Shown: positions 1 to 9,882 of the stretch, one piece after another
Position numbering within the stretch: position 1 is the first letter of the stretch
Layout: every line of letters begins with the position of its first letter
DNA from: Clostridia bacterium
GTDB lineage: Bacteria > UBA6262 > WVXT01
Length of the DNA stretch: 64,000 nucleotides
Assembly (NCBI GenBank): GCA_009619095.1
Contig: WJOT01000027.1
Coordinates: forward strand, 6,812 to 70,811
Direction: 5' to 3'
Translations under genes and position numbers: made by a program
The notes under the pieces: generated by a model
Seen by the model: only the letters and a program-made list of their open reading frames with translations
What the model was told of the DNA's origin: nothing
The model's database searches: none

Positions 1-635
1 CAAAATATCCCTCTTGTTAAAGACTTATCGTAGCCCATCTCATCTACCAATTTCAATATGACATCTTTTTTAAACGCCTTGAAGCCACACAGATGATCAT
101 GTGTATGTGTTCTAAATAAAAATTTAATACACGCATTATATATAAGGCTTATAATTAACCTAAAGGGTTTTCTTTTTATTTTAGATCCAGAGACATACCG
201 GCTTCCTATTACAATATCGTAACCCAAGATTATTTGGTCTATTAAATCTGGCAAAAAGCGTAGGCTGGTGATTAAATCTACATCAACGAAAACAATTATA
301 TCTCCGTTCGCCCATTTGAAAGATTGAGCAAGATTTTCTCTTCTTGTAGGTCCTCTCTCGTAATTGAGTAGCTTAACTTTTCTATTAGTCTGTTCGATCT
401 TTTGAGCAATTATTTTGGTTTTATCTTTTGAAGAATCGTTTACTATAAATATCTCATACTCGGTAGGTAATTTCCTGATTATATACTCAACTGTTCTTAT
501 ATCTCTATTAATTATTTTTTCTTCATTGAATACCGGGATGAAGATAGATACTTTGTGTTTTCTTTTTGTTTCATCCGGAACTTTATATTTCACTGCCAAT
601 ATTGTAGTGCCAAAGTTTAAATGTAATTTTGACAT
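1..635 (-). CDS. Family 2 glycosyltransferase (DPM1-like); N-terminal part only, gene runs off the left edge
   Basis: Own translation of the minus strand from ATG 635-633: MSKLHLNFGTTILAVKYKVPDETKRKHKVSIFIPVFNEEKIINRD...YEIFIVNDSSKDKT...GDIIVFVDVDL...VIGSRY. These are GT-A/GT2 motifs. It is absent from the ORF track because it is open at the window edge. The 415..675 + ORF is its antisense shadow. Confidence 0.7.
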   Translation of the reverse strand, partial: MSKLHLNFGTTILAVKYKVPDETKRKHKVSIFIPVFNEEKIINRDIRTVEYIIRKLPTEYEIFIVNDSSKDKTKIIAQKIEQTNRKVKLLNYERGPTRRENLAQSFKWANGDIIVFVDVDLITSLRFLPDLIDQIILGYDIVIGSRYVSGSKIKRKPFRLIISLIYNACIKFLFRTHTHDHLCGFKAFKKDVILKLVDEMGYDKSLTRGIF

Positions 636-816
636 TTTGAAAAATATGTTATCTATTATTTTTGGCAAAGGGTAATGGCGCAATCTGAAGAGTTTTCGAA
701 GAAAAAGAATCGGTCCTAAAAACCAGAAAAGATATATTATCTTAAAACCAGCAAAATCATTGGCATGATACCTCTGTTTATGGCTAAGAAGATGGTAATA
801 CTTACTATATAATCAT

Positions 817-1113
817 CTATATGCAAATGCTGTGATAATTATTTTTTCTAGCAATCCGTAGTAATTCTCCAATTGCTTGTTTATGCGGTCCTATATGTTT
901 CAACACATCAGAACATATAACCGTATCAAATGAATTATCCGGATATGGCAGGTGGGGAAGTTCTTCATCTATATTTACAGCATTCTTTATAATGTGGCTT
1001 CCACAGCCAATATTTATACAGGAACCCTCTATCATAGATTCAAGCAGCTGGCGTTTATATCTAAAATAGAAATTAAGCTTACCCTTTAACCATTCAATAT
1101 TTAGCTTATCCAT
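817..1113 (-). pseudogene. Class I SAM-dependent methyltransferase, truncated (98 aa)
   Basis: NIGCGSHII...PYPDNSFDTVICSDVLKHI...AIGELLRIARKN is a Methyltransf_11-like core that ends far too early. An MTase-C-terminal-like stretch (..YHANDFAGFKII..) continues in another frame at 636-813. Confidence 0.4.
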
Positions 1114-1400
1114 TTACAAAATCCCTATGCAACCTATAGCTTATTGAAAACATTGAAATCTACTATTTTTCTCTCCATGTTTAATAGCAAATCTTAGAAG
1201 TTTACAAAAGCTTAAAGCACTACTAATTTATTTTATATTTGTTATCTAAAAAAGAGAGGGCTGCTCATAACCAGCTAACTCTTTATTTTTTGATTTTCAG
1301 GGCTGTCGGCTCTTCCGTCGGACATATTTTCTACTTGAGTAGCAAAGATGGAAGGTGAACAACTCTGCCTGAACCACACTTTCTGCTTATTTAAGCGTCT

Positions 1401-2720
1401 TTACTTTCCAATCAGTTTTTTCTTCTGCAGCAGCCTGTGGTACCTGATAGCAAAGCGGTGAGCTTCGTCTCGTATATGCTGGACGAGATGTAGAGCAGGT
1501 GAGCTGAAGGGAAGGCGAATCGGACGGGAACGTCGAGGTAGAAATATCAACTCTTCTCCTTTAGCAAGTCCAACCACGGGAATAATCCCCAGTCCCAGCT
1601 CACTAAGAACTCCTTTGGCCCCGCTCACTTGCCCCTTTCCTCCATCAACCAGAATCAAATCTGGCAACAATCCTCTTTCTCTCATCAACCTCGTATATCT
1701 TCGGTGAATTACCTCTTTCATCATACCTACATCATCAATTCCTGTGACCATTTTTATCTTGAATTTCCTATAAGATTTATTTTCAGGTTTCCCTCCAGAA
1801 AAGACGACCATAGACCCCACAGCCGAGTCTCCATAAATATCGGATATATCGAAAGCCTCTATCCTTTCCGGTAAGTTCTCCAACTCTATTGCTTTTTGAA
1901 GCTCAATTAAAATCTCACCCTTTCCAGCAGCCTTTAATTTCTGTTTCTCTACTTGTCGCAAATTAACCCTTTGGGAAATGGACTGTATTGCCTGTATCTG
2001 GTCTCGCAAGATTTTTGCCTTCTCAAAGTCGAGCTCCCTGGATGCCTTTTCCATTTCTTCTTCCAGCTTTTTCAAGAGATTTTCTCCCTTTCCCGAGAGA
2101 AACAGGACGACTTTCTCCACTATTTTCCTGTAATCTTCATTACTTATCCACCCTACACAAGGTGCCAGGCACTGTCCCAAATGGAAATCCAAGCAACTAC
2201 TGGGGTTACCCTCCTTTCGTCGAGCCAGAAAGAAGCTCTTACTACATTTAATCAGAGGGAATATTCTCTGGATTGTCTTAAGTGTCCTCTTGAGTGAAGA
2301 GACATCTGGATAAGGACCGAAATATTTTATCCCAGGCGTTCTGTGCTTCACCCTCTCTCTTTTTGAGATGCGCGCCATCACCAATTTGGGAAAATCCTCA
2401 TCAACAGTCAACTTAAGGTGGGGATAGGTTTTATCATCTCTTAAGGCTATATTATATTTGGGATGGAAGTACTTTATTAACTCGTTCTCTAATATCAGGG
2501 CTTCTTTTTCATTTCGGGTTACAATGTATTGGAGGTCTCGCACATTGGAAATTAGAGCAAAAGTTCTGGGAGAGTAAGTGCTGGGGGATTGAAAATATGC
2601 AGGGACTCTCTTTCTAATCGATTTTGCTTTGCCCACATAGATAACTCTCCCAGCAATGTCCTTCATCATATATATTCCTGGTACATCAGGTAGAGAAGTG
2701 AGTTTTTCCTCAAACTTCAT
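1401..2720 (-). CDS. uvrC: Excinuclease ABC subunit C, short form (439 aa) without the C-terminal (HhH)2 domain
   Basis: GIY-YIG N-terminus (PGIYMMKD..VIYVGKAKSIRKRV), UVR domain (LEEEMEKASRELDFEKAKILRDQIQAI) and RNase-H-like endonuclease domain (EAFDISDIYG...LILVDGGKGQ...HIRDEAHRFAI). The protein stops about 55 aa short of a normal UvrC. Confidence 0.85.
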   Translation of the reverse strand: MKFEEKLTSLPDVPGIYMMKDIAGRVIYVGKAKSIRKRVPAYFQSPSTYSPRTFALISNVRDLQYIVTRNEKEALILENELIKYFHPKYNIALRDDKTYPHLKLTVDEDFPKLVMARISKRERVKHRTPGIKYFGPYPDVSSLKRTLKTIQRIFPLIKCSKSFFLARRKEGNPSSCLDFHLGQCLAPCVGWISNEDYRKIVEKVVLFLSGKGENLLKKLEEEMEKASRELDFEKAKILRDQIQAIQSISQRVNLRQVEKQKLKAAGKGEILIELQKAIELENLPERIEAFDISDIYGDSAVGSMVVFSGGKPENKSYRKFKIKMVTGIDDVGMMKEVIHRRYTRLMRERGLLPDLILVDGGKGQVSGAKGVLSELGLGIIPVVGLAKGEELIFLPRRSRPIRLPFSSPALHLVQHIRDEAHRFAIRYHRLLQKKKLIGK

Positions 2721-4353
2721 CTGTCGATTCCTTTCGCGTAATTATCTTCCATACATATTTAATCTCATCACAACGCAAAAGATGCGTTACCAAAATGTAG
2801 ATAATTACAGAAATCAGGATAGTGCCAGTCACTTGTATCAACTTGTTAATCTGGCCTAATAATCGGGAGAAATATATGCAGGCTATTCCCATAGCTGAGG
2901 AGGCAAGTAGAATCTTAGTAAGCGAAAGCAATACTTTTTTCCCTCCCAACCTGCCAATCTTCTTTCTTAGATAGTATAGAAGGATTAACAAATTAATAAA
3001 GGAAGCAATGGCAGTAGCCAAAGCAAGTCCACCTACATCCAGAATGCGCATTAAGATTAGATTCAGCACTATGTTTGCCACCATAGCGATGGAGGCGATT
3101 CTTACCGGAGTCCTGGTGTCCTGCATGGAATAGAATGCAGATGCTACCACCTTTACTCCCGCATAGGCCACTATTCCAGTGGAATAGAATAGGAGTGCCC
3201 AGCTAGTGGCCTGGGTAGCCTGAGCTGTAAATCTCCCCCTTTCAAATAGAAGAGAAATTATGGGACTTCCTAAAATAATCAGTCCCAGTGAAGCAGGAAT
3301 AATAGTAAACATTATCATTCTGAGTGATAACAATAGAGTATCTTTTAGTTCTTTCATATTGGTAGCTGCCACTGAGCGAGACATCATGGGCAAGGCAACA
3401 GTTGCTATTGCTGTCCCAAACAGAGCTAAAGGAAGTTGCATTAGGCGATTTGCATAATATAGAGCGGTAACACTTCCCTCTTTAAGTAGTGAAGCGCATA
3501 TTGTGTCCACAAAGGTATTTACCTGGGATACGGACAACCCCAGAGTCGCTGGAAGCATCAACAGCCCTATCCTCTTCACCCCTGGATGATTTAACATGGA
3601 AATCCATCTTTTCCAAAGGACAGACAAGTTCTTCAGGAGATTCTGAGGATAGTCCATCAGCTTTAGGCGGGGATTACTGGAACTCTTCCCTGCTGGTATA
3701 ACAAAACCTCTTCTTACTAAAGAGGGTACCTGAAAGAAGAACTGGGCAAACCCCCCAACCAGGACCCCAAAAACAAGTCCAATTATTGGTCGTTCCATCA
3801 ATGGACATATAAACAAAATAAAGGAAATTTCAGAAATACTGAGGAGACAAGGAGCCAGGGCAGGAATAATAAACCTGTGGAGAGAGTTCAATATTCCTAA
3901 AGCTAAAGCCGCCATACCTATGGCAATCATGAAAGGAAAAAGGATACGGGTGAGAGTAATAGTTAAGGAGAGCTTTTCCGGATCCTTAATGAAACCCGGA
4001 GCAATCAGGCGGACAATTATAGGAGAAAAAATGATCCCCAGAATTGTCAAAATAGCTAGGATGGTCAACAAGAGCAAGCCTGAAATTCTCGCCAGTTTCT
4101 GTGCTTCTTCCCTAGGCTTGGTAGTTAAATATCCGGTAAATACAGGAATAAAGGATGCGGAGAGTGCTCCCTCTCCAAGAAGCCGACGAAGAAGATTGGG
4201 AATGCGATAAGCAACAAAAAAGGCATCGGCTACCAAACCAGCACCAAAGAAGTTAGCAATAAGCATGTCTCTTAGATAGCCAAGAATCCGAGAAGCCAGG
4301 GTAGAAACGCTAACACCAGCAACTGACCTAGTAATTTTTCCTTCCTTCTGCAA
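2710..4353 (-). CDS. murJ: Lipid II flippase MurJ (MviN)
   Basis: 547 aa polytopic protein. N-terminus SRILGYLRDMLIANFFGAG..ADAFFVAYRIPNLLRRLLGEGALSASFIPVF is the MurJ signature. Confidence 0.9.
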   Translation of the reverse strand: MQKEGKITRSVAGVSVSTLASRILGYLRDMLIANFFGAGLVADAFFVAYRIPNLLRRLLGEGALSASFIPVFTGYLTTKPREEAQKLARISGLLLLTILAILTILGIIFSPIIVRLIAPGFIKDPEKLSLTITLTRILFPFMIAIGMAALALGILNSLHRFIIPALAPCLLSISEISFILFICPLMERPIIGLVFGVLVGGFAQFFFQVPSLVRRGFVIPAGKSSSNPRLKLMDYPQNLLKNLSVLWKRWISMLNHPGVKRIGLLMLPATLGLSVSQVNTFVDTICASLLKEGSVTALYYANRLMQLPLALFGTAIATVALPMMSRSVAATNMKELKDTLLLSLRMIMFTIIPASLGLIILGSPIISLLFERGRFTAQATQATSWALLFYSTGIVAYAGVKVVASAFYSMQDTRTPVRIASIAMVANIVLNLILMRILDVGGLALATAIASFINLLILLYYLRKKIGRLGGKKVLLSLTKILLASSAMGIACIYFSRLLGQINKLIQVTGTILISVIIYILVTHLLRCDEIKYVWKIITRKESTDEV

Positions 4354-4465
4354 TATCCTTCTCCAAAATAAAGATTATTCTTGACTTCCGCTTCTCAATA
4401 TGGTATTTTATACTCCAAGATATTCTTTTCGTTGCTCTCAAGCTACGAGTCAGGAGATCCCGCTA

Positions 4466-4753
4466 ATGGCTAAACTAAAATCTGGACGACACACTCAAGC
4501 ACTTAAATCACAAAGGCAGGATAAGAAAAGGCATCTAAGGAATGTCGCCGTCAAGACAAAAATTAGGACAATAGCTAAAAAAGTAGAGACGGCAGTCGTT
4601 CAGGGTAAACCCGAAGAAGCGAAAAAAATCTTTTTACAAGCTATGAAAGAGTTAGATAAGGCTGCCAGTAAGAATATCATACCTAAAAAAAGAGCCTCCA
4701 GAAAAAAGTCAAGACTGGCAAAAAAGATCAATTCCCTAAAAGCAAAAAAGTAA
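4466..4753 (+). CDS. rpsT: 30S ribosomal protein S20
   Basis: MAKLKSGRHTQALKSQRQDKKRHLRN..KTKIRT..KK; AGGAG sits 9 nt upstream of ATG 4466. The ORF-track start at 4400 is an unsupported upstream extension. Confidence 0.9.
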   Translation: MAKLKSGRHTQALKSQRQDKKRHLRNVAVKTKIRTIAKKVETAVVQGKPEEAKKIFLQAMKELDKAASKNIIPKKRASRKKSRLAKKINSLKAKK

Positions 4754-4754
4754 A

Positions 4755-5789
4755 TTAACCCGAATAAGTTGATGCTCTTTTCTTACCGCATAAATTCAAA
4801 ATTAGAAGTTCCAGCACAAGCTGAGCTGGTTTCTTGCCTACCTTAATTTCCCAGTCTGCCCGAAGTAAGTGATGAAAATTATTCAACAGTTCTTTGCGAT
4901 TGAAATTTTGAATCCGTGATGGAAAATCCTTATCGAAAAAAGGATGTAGGCCCACTTCCTCAATTATCCTCGCTCGTCCCACTTTCTGGTCTAGAAGCTC
5001 TTTAGCGTAAATTATTTGTCGAATCCTCTTCGCTATTCTTACTAAAATCCCTACTGGCTTTTCTCCAGTTTCGGTCAACTTTGCCAGGATTTCCAAAGAG
5101 TGAGTTAAGTTCTTCTGGGTAATCGCCCTCAAAAGGTCAAAAACAGAATCGGACATAGAACGACCTATCAATTGCTCAACATCATCCAGGGCAACCTCTT
5201 TTCTGTCTTTAGTATAGATTAACAATTTTTCAATCTCTCCGGATAAGTCTAATAGATTATTTCCCACTTCTACAAACAGATAATGTGCCGCTTCTGTGGA
5301 GATACTTTTTTTCTCTCTGGATATCTTATTCTTAATCCAACCCGGAATCTCCGAATCGAAAAGCCTCCAGAAAATCACTGTCTCACAAAGAGAAGAAATG
5401 GTTTTATATACTGCTCTATCTAACGCCTCTCTTTTAACCTTTGCACTCACCAGAACAAGACATGTAGAGGAAGTAGGGTTTTTCAAGTACTTAATAATTT
5501 CTTTCAACTCACTCTCTGTGAATTTATCTATATCTTTAACCACTACTAATCTCTTTTTCGACATAAAAGGATAGGTCTCGGCAAGGGAAATGGCCTCTCT
5601 AGCAGAAGTATCTTCAGCATAGAAAAGCCCGAAGTCAAAATCCTGTGCCCCGGGCCCGATTAGCATCTTCTTCAATAAAAGGATGGCTTCCTGTTTTAGA
5701 TAATCCTCCTCCCCACAAAAAAAGTAGCAATCGGCAATTTTTTTTCTGTTTAATTTTGTAATTAATTCTTTATACTTCATCATTTTCAT
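4755..5789 (-). CDS. holA: DNA polymerase III subunit delta
   Basis: 344 aa with the typical HolA layout (YFFCGEEDYLK..., ..LVLV..K.D.R..). Conserved leuS-lptE-holA gene order. Confidence 0.8.
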   Translation of the reverse strand: MKMMKYKELITKLNRKKIADCYFFCGEEDYLKQEAILLLKKMLIGPGAQDFDFGLFYAEDTSAREAISLAETYPFMSKKRLVVVKDIDKFTESELKEIIKYLKNPTSSTCLVLVSAKVKREALDRAVYKTISSLCETVIFWRLFDSEIPGWIKNKISREKKSISTEAAHYLFVEVGNNLLDLSGEIEKLLIYTKDRKEVALDDVEQLIGRSMSDSVFDLLRAITQKNLTHSLEILAKLTETGEKPVGILVRIAKRIRQIIYAKELLDQKVGRARIIEEVGLHPFFDKDFPSRIQNFNRKELLNNFHHLLRADWEIKVGKKPAQLVLELLILNLCGKKRASTYSG

Positions 5790-5796
5790 AAAAATG

Positions 5797-5910
5797 GAGG
5801 GATAGTCTTTTGCACGGTTGAAACCGTGCCTACAAATCTCCTTGCCATTGTAGGCACAGATTCAATCTGTGCAATTGACCGAGCGACTCCGATAACTATC
5901 CCTTCATCCT
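5797..5910. repeat. Mosaic palindromic repeat cluster (modules A, B, C/TIR)
   Basis: Hairpin A gcacggttgaaaccgtgc (5812-5829) followed by cctacaaa; hairpin B gcacagattcaatctgtgc (5854-5872); module C gaccgagcgactccgataactatccct (5877-5904), inverted relative to gagggatagt at 5797. Confidence 0.85.
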
Positions 5911-5913
5911 CAC

Positions 5914-6477
5914 TTATTGACTCTGGATTTCAATCTGGCTTCCCCATCCATAGACTGTGCGTCGCACAATGTGGTCGGCGAGCTCAATAACCAGTCGCTC
6001 CTGTGCTTCCTCTTCTGTTTCCACAGTTCCACCTGCCCTGGGAGTTACATAGTACCTTACATCTCCTTCAATCCCTCCAGTAAGGGTTCCACCTACGCTC
6101 TCTCTCTTCTCTTCCCAGAGAACCTCTCCTGTAGCTAAATCTCGAAAAGAGAGATTGACTATGACCCAGAGCTTATACTGTTCAACCACCTCGGTAGCAT
6201 CGTAAGAGAGGGGTTGTAAAATGTAAGTAACAATCTCTCCGGTCAACAGAGCACCGGCCTCCCCTTTCTTGGCAATGGATAAATGGCCATCTCTAATGAA
6301 TTCTTCTATTACAGCGTCGGTAAGTTTAGACTCAATGCCGTAGTGAGCGGTTCTGTTGATAAATGTAGGCACAGCTATTGTCTTAATATGCTTGGGCAGA
6401 ATTTCCACAGGTGTATAAGCACAACCAAATACCAGAAATATTCCCAACCCAATGATAACGAAAACAAACTTTCTCAT
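5914..6477 (-). CDS. lptE: LPS-assembly lipoprotein LptE-like
   Basis: Lipoprotein signal with lipobox (LVFGC), 187 aa, located between leuS and holA as in E. coli. Confidence 0.65.
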   Translation of the reverse strand: MRKFVFVIIGLGIFLVFGCAYTPVEILPKHIKTIAVPTFINRTAHYGIESKLTDAVIEEFIRDGHLSIAKKGEAGALLTGEIVTYILQPLSYDATEVVEQYKLWVIVNLSFRDLATGEVLWEEKRESVGGTLTGGIEGDVRYYVTPRAGGTVETEEEAQERLVIELADHIVRRTVYGWGSQIEIQSQ

Positions 6478-6494
6478 AAGTTCCTCCTTTTTTT

Positions 6495-8957
6495 CTATTT
6501 TTCCACTACAATATTCACTAGTCGCTTGGGCACATAAATTATCCGTTTAATCTTTTTATTATCGATATATTTTCTAACTCTCTCATCTACTTGGGCTCTT
6601 TTCTTTATCTCTTCCTCTTCTAAATTTACCGGAACTTCTACTTTGCTTCTCACTTTACCATTCACTTCAATGACAATAAGCACCTCCTCTTTTTTGATTA
6701 CTTCCTGGTCGTATCTTGGCCAAGATTTTTTAATCACACCTCCCCGATGTCCCAGCACTTCCCATAATTCTTCACAAATATGTGGCGCAAAAGGAACTAG
6801 CAAAAGTATTAATTTTTCTACGCTTTCCCATAAATGGGAGCTCGTGCCTTTCTTCCTTAAGTAATCATATATTCCATTGGAGAGTTCCATAATGGCGGCA
6901 ATAGCAGTATTAAAATGAAAACTTTCTATGTCTTCAGTAACTTTCTTAATAGCTGAGTGGGTAATTCTGTTTAGCTTTTTTTCTTCTTGGTCGTAAGTTT
7001 TAAGAACAGTTTTCTTGTGTTTACTTTTTATTTCTTCTACCAGATTCCGAACTCTGTTCAAGAACCTATAGCAACCCTGAACTCCTCTATCACTCCATTC
7101 TAAATCTTTTTCCGGAGGTGAGGCAAAGAGAATGAATAACCTCGCTGTATCGGCGCCATATTTCTGAGTTATCTCATCTACACTAACTACATTCCCTTTC
7201 GACTTTGACATCTTCGCACCATCTTTAATTACCATTCCTTGACATAAGAGTCTTGTAAAAGGCTCGTCGATCTTGTACAAGCCTATATCCCTCAAGGCCT
7301 TGGTAAAGAACCGGGCATATAGGAGATGCATAATCGCATGTTCAATCCCTCCTATATATTGATCAACCGGCATCCAGTACTTAACTTTTTTCTTATCAAA
7401 AGGTAACTTTTTGAAATGTGGGCTACAATAACGGGCAAAATACCAAGAGGAATCAACAAATGTATCCATAGTATCGGTCTCTCTTCTTGCCGCACCACCA
7501 CATTTTGGACATTTACAATTTACGAACTCGCTACATTTAGCTAAGGGATTCCCCCTTCCCGTAAACTCAACTTTCACCGGTAACTTTACTGGTAAATCTT
7601 TTTCCGGCACAGGCACAATTTTGCACTTATCACAGTAAATTATGGGAATAGGTGTGCCCCAATACCTCTGTCGGGAAATCAACCAGTCGCGCAATCTGTA
7701 CTGAAGCGTCTTTCTTCCCCAGCCTTTCTGGGTCAGATATTGCGTAATCTTTTCCCTTCCATCTGGGGAAGAAAGACCGTCAAACTGGGCTGAATTGGCC
7801 ATAATTCCTTCGCCTTCGTAAGCCTCTTCCAGATCTTCCCCTGTAGAAGATTCCTCTGGAGAAGGGATAATTACCTGTTTTATCGGAATATGATACTTTT
7901 TAGCGAACTCGAAATCTCTCTGGTCATGAGCTGGCACCGCCATTATTGCTCCTGTCCCGTACTCCATCAACACGAAATTAGCTACATAAATGGGAATTTC
8001 ATCTCCATTCAAAGGATTTATCGCATACCTGCCAATAAACATCCCCTCTTTTTCTTTGTCCTCTCCTGTACGAGTGAATCTATCTTCAATTACTACCTTG
8101 TTGATAAATTCTCTTACTCTCTTCTCATATTCTGTCCCAGCGATAAATTCTAGAACTCTGGGATGTTCGGGAGCAAAAGTCATAAAAGTGGCACCATAGA
8201 GGGTATCCGGTCGCGTGGTAAATACTGGAATCAGACTATCGGAATCCTTCAATCTAAAATTGACCAGTGTCCCGTAACTTTTGCCAATCCAGTTCTCCTG
8301 CATAAGTCTAACCCTCTCTGGCCAGTCTGTTAGCTTTTTCAAATTTTCCAGAAGTTCCTCAACATACTCGGTAATCTTAAAGAACCACTGCTCCAGACTT
8401 CTAATCTCCACAAAAGCCTCACACCTCCAGCATTTTCCATTTACCACTTGCTCATTGGCCAGGACTGTCTCGCACTGGGGACACCAGTTGATGGGCGCCT
8501 TCTTCCTGTAGGCGAGACCCTTCTCGTAAAACTTAAGGAAAATCCACTGGTTCCAGCGATAATATTCTGGATCAGCGGTAATTACCAACCTTCCCCAGTC
8601 GTAACTCAATCCCATTTTCTTCTGCTGCTTTTTCATTTTCTCAATACATCTATTCGTCCAAGAAGAAGGATTAATCTTTTTCTCTATTGCTGCGTTCTCT
8701 GCTGGCAATCCCAAAGCATCGTAACCCATAGTGTAAAGCACGTTGAACCCCCTCATCCTCAGGAAGCGAGCTGCAACATCACCAATAGCATAATTACGCA
8801 TGTGTCCCATATGGAGTTCTCCAGAAGGATAAGGGAACATCTCCAGAAGATAGAATTTCTTCTTTCCCGAATCTTTAGAGATTTTGAAAGTTCTTTCCTC
8901 TTCCCACTTCTTCTGCCATTTCTTTTCAATCTTCTTGAAATTGTAAATTTTCTCCAT
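6495..8957 (-). CDS. leuS: Leucine--tRNA ligase
   Basis: 820 aa with HMGH (PYPSGELHMGHMRNY) and KMSKS motifs plus the editing domain. Confidence 0.97.
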   Translation of the reverse strand: MEKIYNFKKIEKKWQKKWEEERTFKISKDSGKKKFYLLEMFPYPSGELHMGHMRNYAIGDVAARFLRMRGFNVLYTMGYDALGLPAENAAIEKKINPSSWTNRCIEKMKKQQKKMGLSYDWGRLVITADPEYYRWNQWIFLKFYEKGLAYRKKAPINWCPQCETVLANEQVVNGKCWRCEAFVEIRSLEQWFFKITEYVEELLENLKKLTDWPERVRLMQENWIGKSYGTLVNFRLKDSDSLIPVFTTRPDTLYGATFMTFAPEHPRVLEFIAGTEYEKRVREFINKVVIEDRFTRTGEDKEKEGMFIGRYAINPLNGDEIPIYVANFVLMEYGTGAIMAVPAHDQRDFEFAKKYHIPIKQVIIPSPEESSTGEDLEEAYEGEGIMANSAQFDGLSSPDGREKITQYLTQKGWGRKTLQYRLRDWLISRQRYWGTPIPIIYCDKCKIVPVPEKDLPVKLPVKVEFTGRGNPLAKCSEFVNCKCPKCGGAARRETDTMDTFVDSSWYFARYCSPHFKKLPFDKKKVKYWMPVDQYIGGIEHAIMHLLYARFFTKALRDIGLYKIDEPFTRLLCQGMVIKDGAKMSKSKGNVVSVDEITQKYGADTARLFILFASPPEKDLEWSDRGVQGCYRFLNRVRNLVEEIKSKHKKTVLKTYDQEEKKLNRITHSAIKKVTEDIESFHFNTAIAAIMELSNGIYDYLRKKGTSSHLWESVEKLILLLVPFAPHICEELWEVLGHRGGVIKKSWPRYDQEVIKKEEVLIVIEVNGKVRSKVEVPVNLEEEEIKKRAQVDERVRKYIDNKKIKRIIYVPKRLVNIVVEK

Positions 8958-9003
8958 GTTTAACTTGCACCCTCAATAAACTTACTTCTCGCCTCTGTCT
9001 TAT

Positions 9004-9756
9004 CTATTCTTTTTTCTTCAAGTAGATAAAATACTCGATATTTCCAGCAGGACCTTTAATCGGCGAAGTAGTCAATCCTTTTACTTCTAATCCCAAATCT
9101 CGAGCTAAAAGCTTTATTTTATCGATAACTTCCTGGTGAACTTTCCTGTCTTTAACCACACCGCCTCTGGGCACTTTTTCTCTCACTGCCTCAAATTGGG
9201 GCTTAATCAGGGAAACTATCTCGCCCCTTTTTCTAATTAACTCTTTAACTTTCGGCAAAACTTTATCCAGAGAAATAAAAGAGACATCGATAGTAGCCAA
9301 ATCGACGGGGTTTTTAATTTCTTTTCCGTTAAAGTATCTTATGTTCGTTTTTTCGATGGTGACCACCCTGGGATTGTTCCGTAATTTCCAATCAAGCTGA
9401 CCGTAACCCACATCCAGGGCATAAACTTTCTCCGCCCCCTTCTGGAGAAGACAATCCGTAAACCCTCCCGTTGATGCGCCAACATCAAGACAGACCTTTC
9501 CTTCAACGCTCAACCCGAACTCCTTTATTGCTGCTTCCAGCTTCAGTCCTCCCCGGGAAACATATTTTCGTAAAGGAGATTCCTTTACTTCTATCTCTAT
9601 ATCAATAGGGAACTCAGCACCTACTTTAATAACTTTCCGACCACCCACCCATACAGAGCCAGCCATTATCAATCCCTTTGCTCTATGGTGACTTGACGCC
9701 AGTCGCTTTTCCATCAAAAGCTTATCTAATCTCTCTTTTCTCTTTTTTATTTTCAC
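9004..9756 (-). CDS. tlyA: TlyA family rRNA 2'-O-methyltransferase (hemolysin A-like)
   Basis: S4 domain (RLDKLLMEKRLASSHHRAKGLIMAG) plus FtsJ-like MTase (LDVGASTGGFTDCLLQKGA..VYALDVG). The ORF-track start at 9825 lies inside hairpin repeats. I prefer GTG 9756, which is just upstream of the S4 domain. Confidence 0.8.
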   Translation of the reverse strand: MKIKKRKERLDKLLMEKRLASSHHRAKGLIMAGSVWVGGRKVIKVGAEFPIDIEIEVKESPLRKYVSRGGLKLEAAIKEFGLSVEGKVCLDVGASTGGFTDCLLQKGAEKVYALDVGYGQLDWKLRNNPRVVTIEKTNIRYFNGKEIKNPVDLATIDVSFISLDKVLPKVKELIRKRGEIVSLIKPQFEAVREKVPRGGVVKDRKVHQEVIDKIKLLARDLGLEVKGLTTSPIKGPAGNIEYFIYLKKKE

Positions 9757-9783
9757 AAATCTATTTTTGTAATAAATTTCTGT

Positions 9784-9882
9784 TGTAGGCACAGATTCAA
9801 TCTGTGCTCTTTTGTCCCGATTCATCGGGACCTACAAATATATTTTGCACGGTTAAAACCGTGCCTACAAATACTATCCCTT
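9784..9882. repeat. Mosaic palindromic repeat cluster (B, D, A, C-end)
   Basis: gcacagattcaatctgtgc 9789-9807; gtcccgattcatcgggac 9814-9831; gcacggttaaaaccgtgc 9847-9864 followed by cctacaaa; actatccct overlaps the dxs stop. Confidence 0.85.

Noticed and set aside
415-675. 86-aa plus-strand ORF
   Set aside because: It is antisense to a well-supported GT2 coding frame and has low-complexity hydrophobic composition typical of shadow ORFs in AT-rich DNA.
8448-8963. 171-aa plus-strand ORF (and the many other 60-140-aa ORFs antisense to leuS, dxs, pheT, trp and his genes)
   Set aside because: Each lies entirely within, and antisense to, a long conserved housekeeping CDS, and none has a motif or an RBS.
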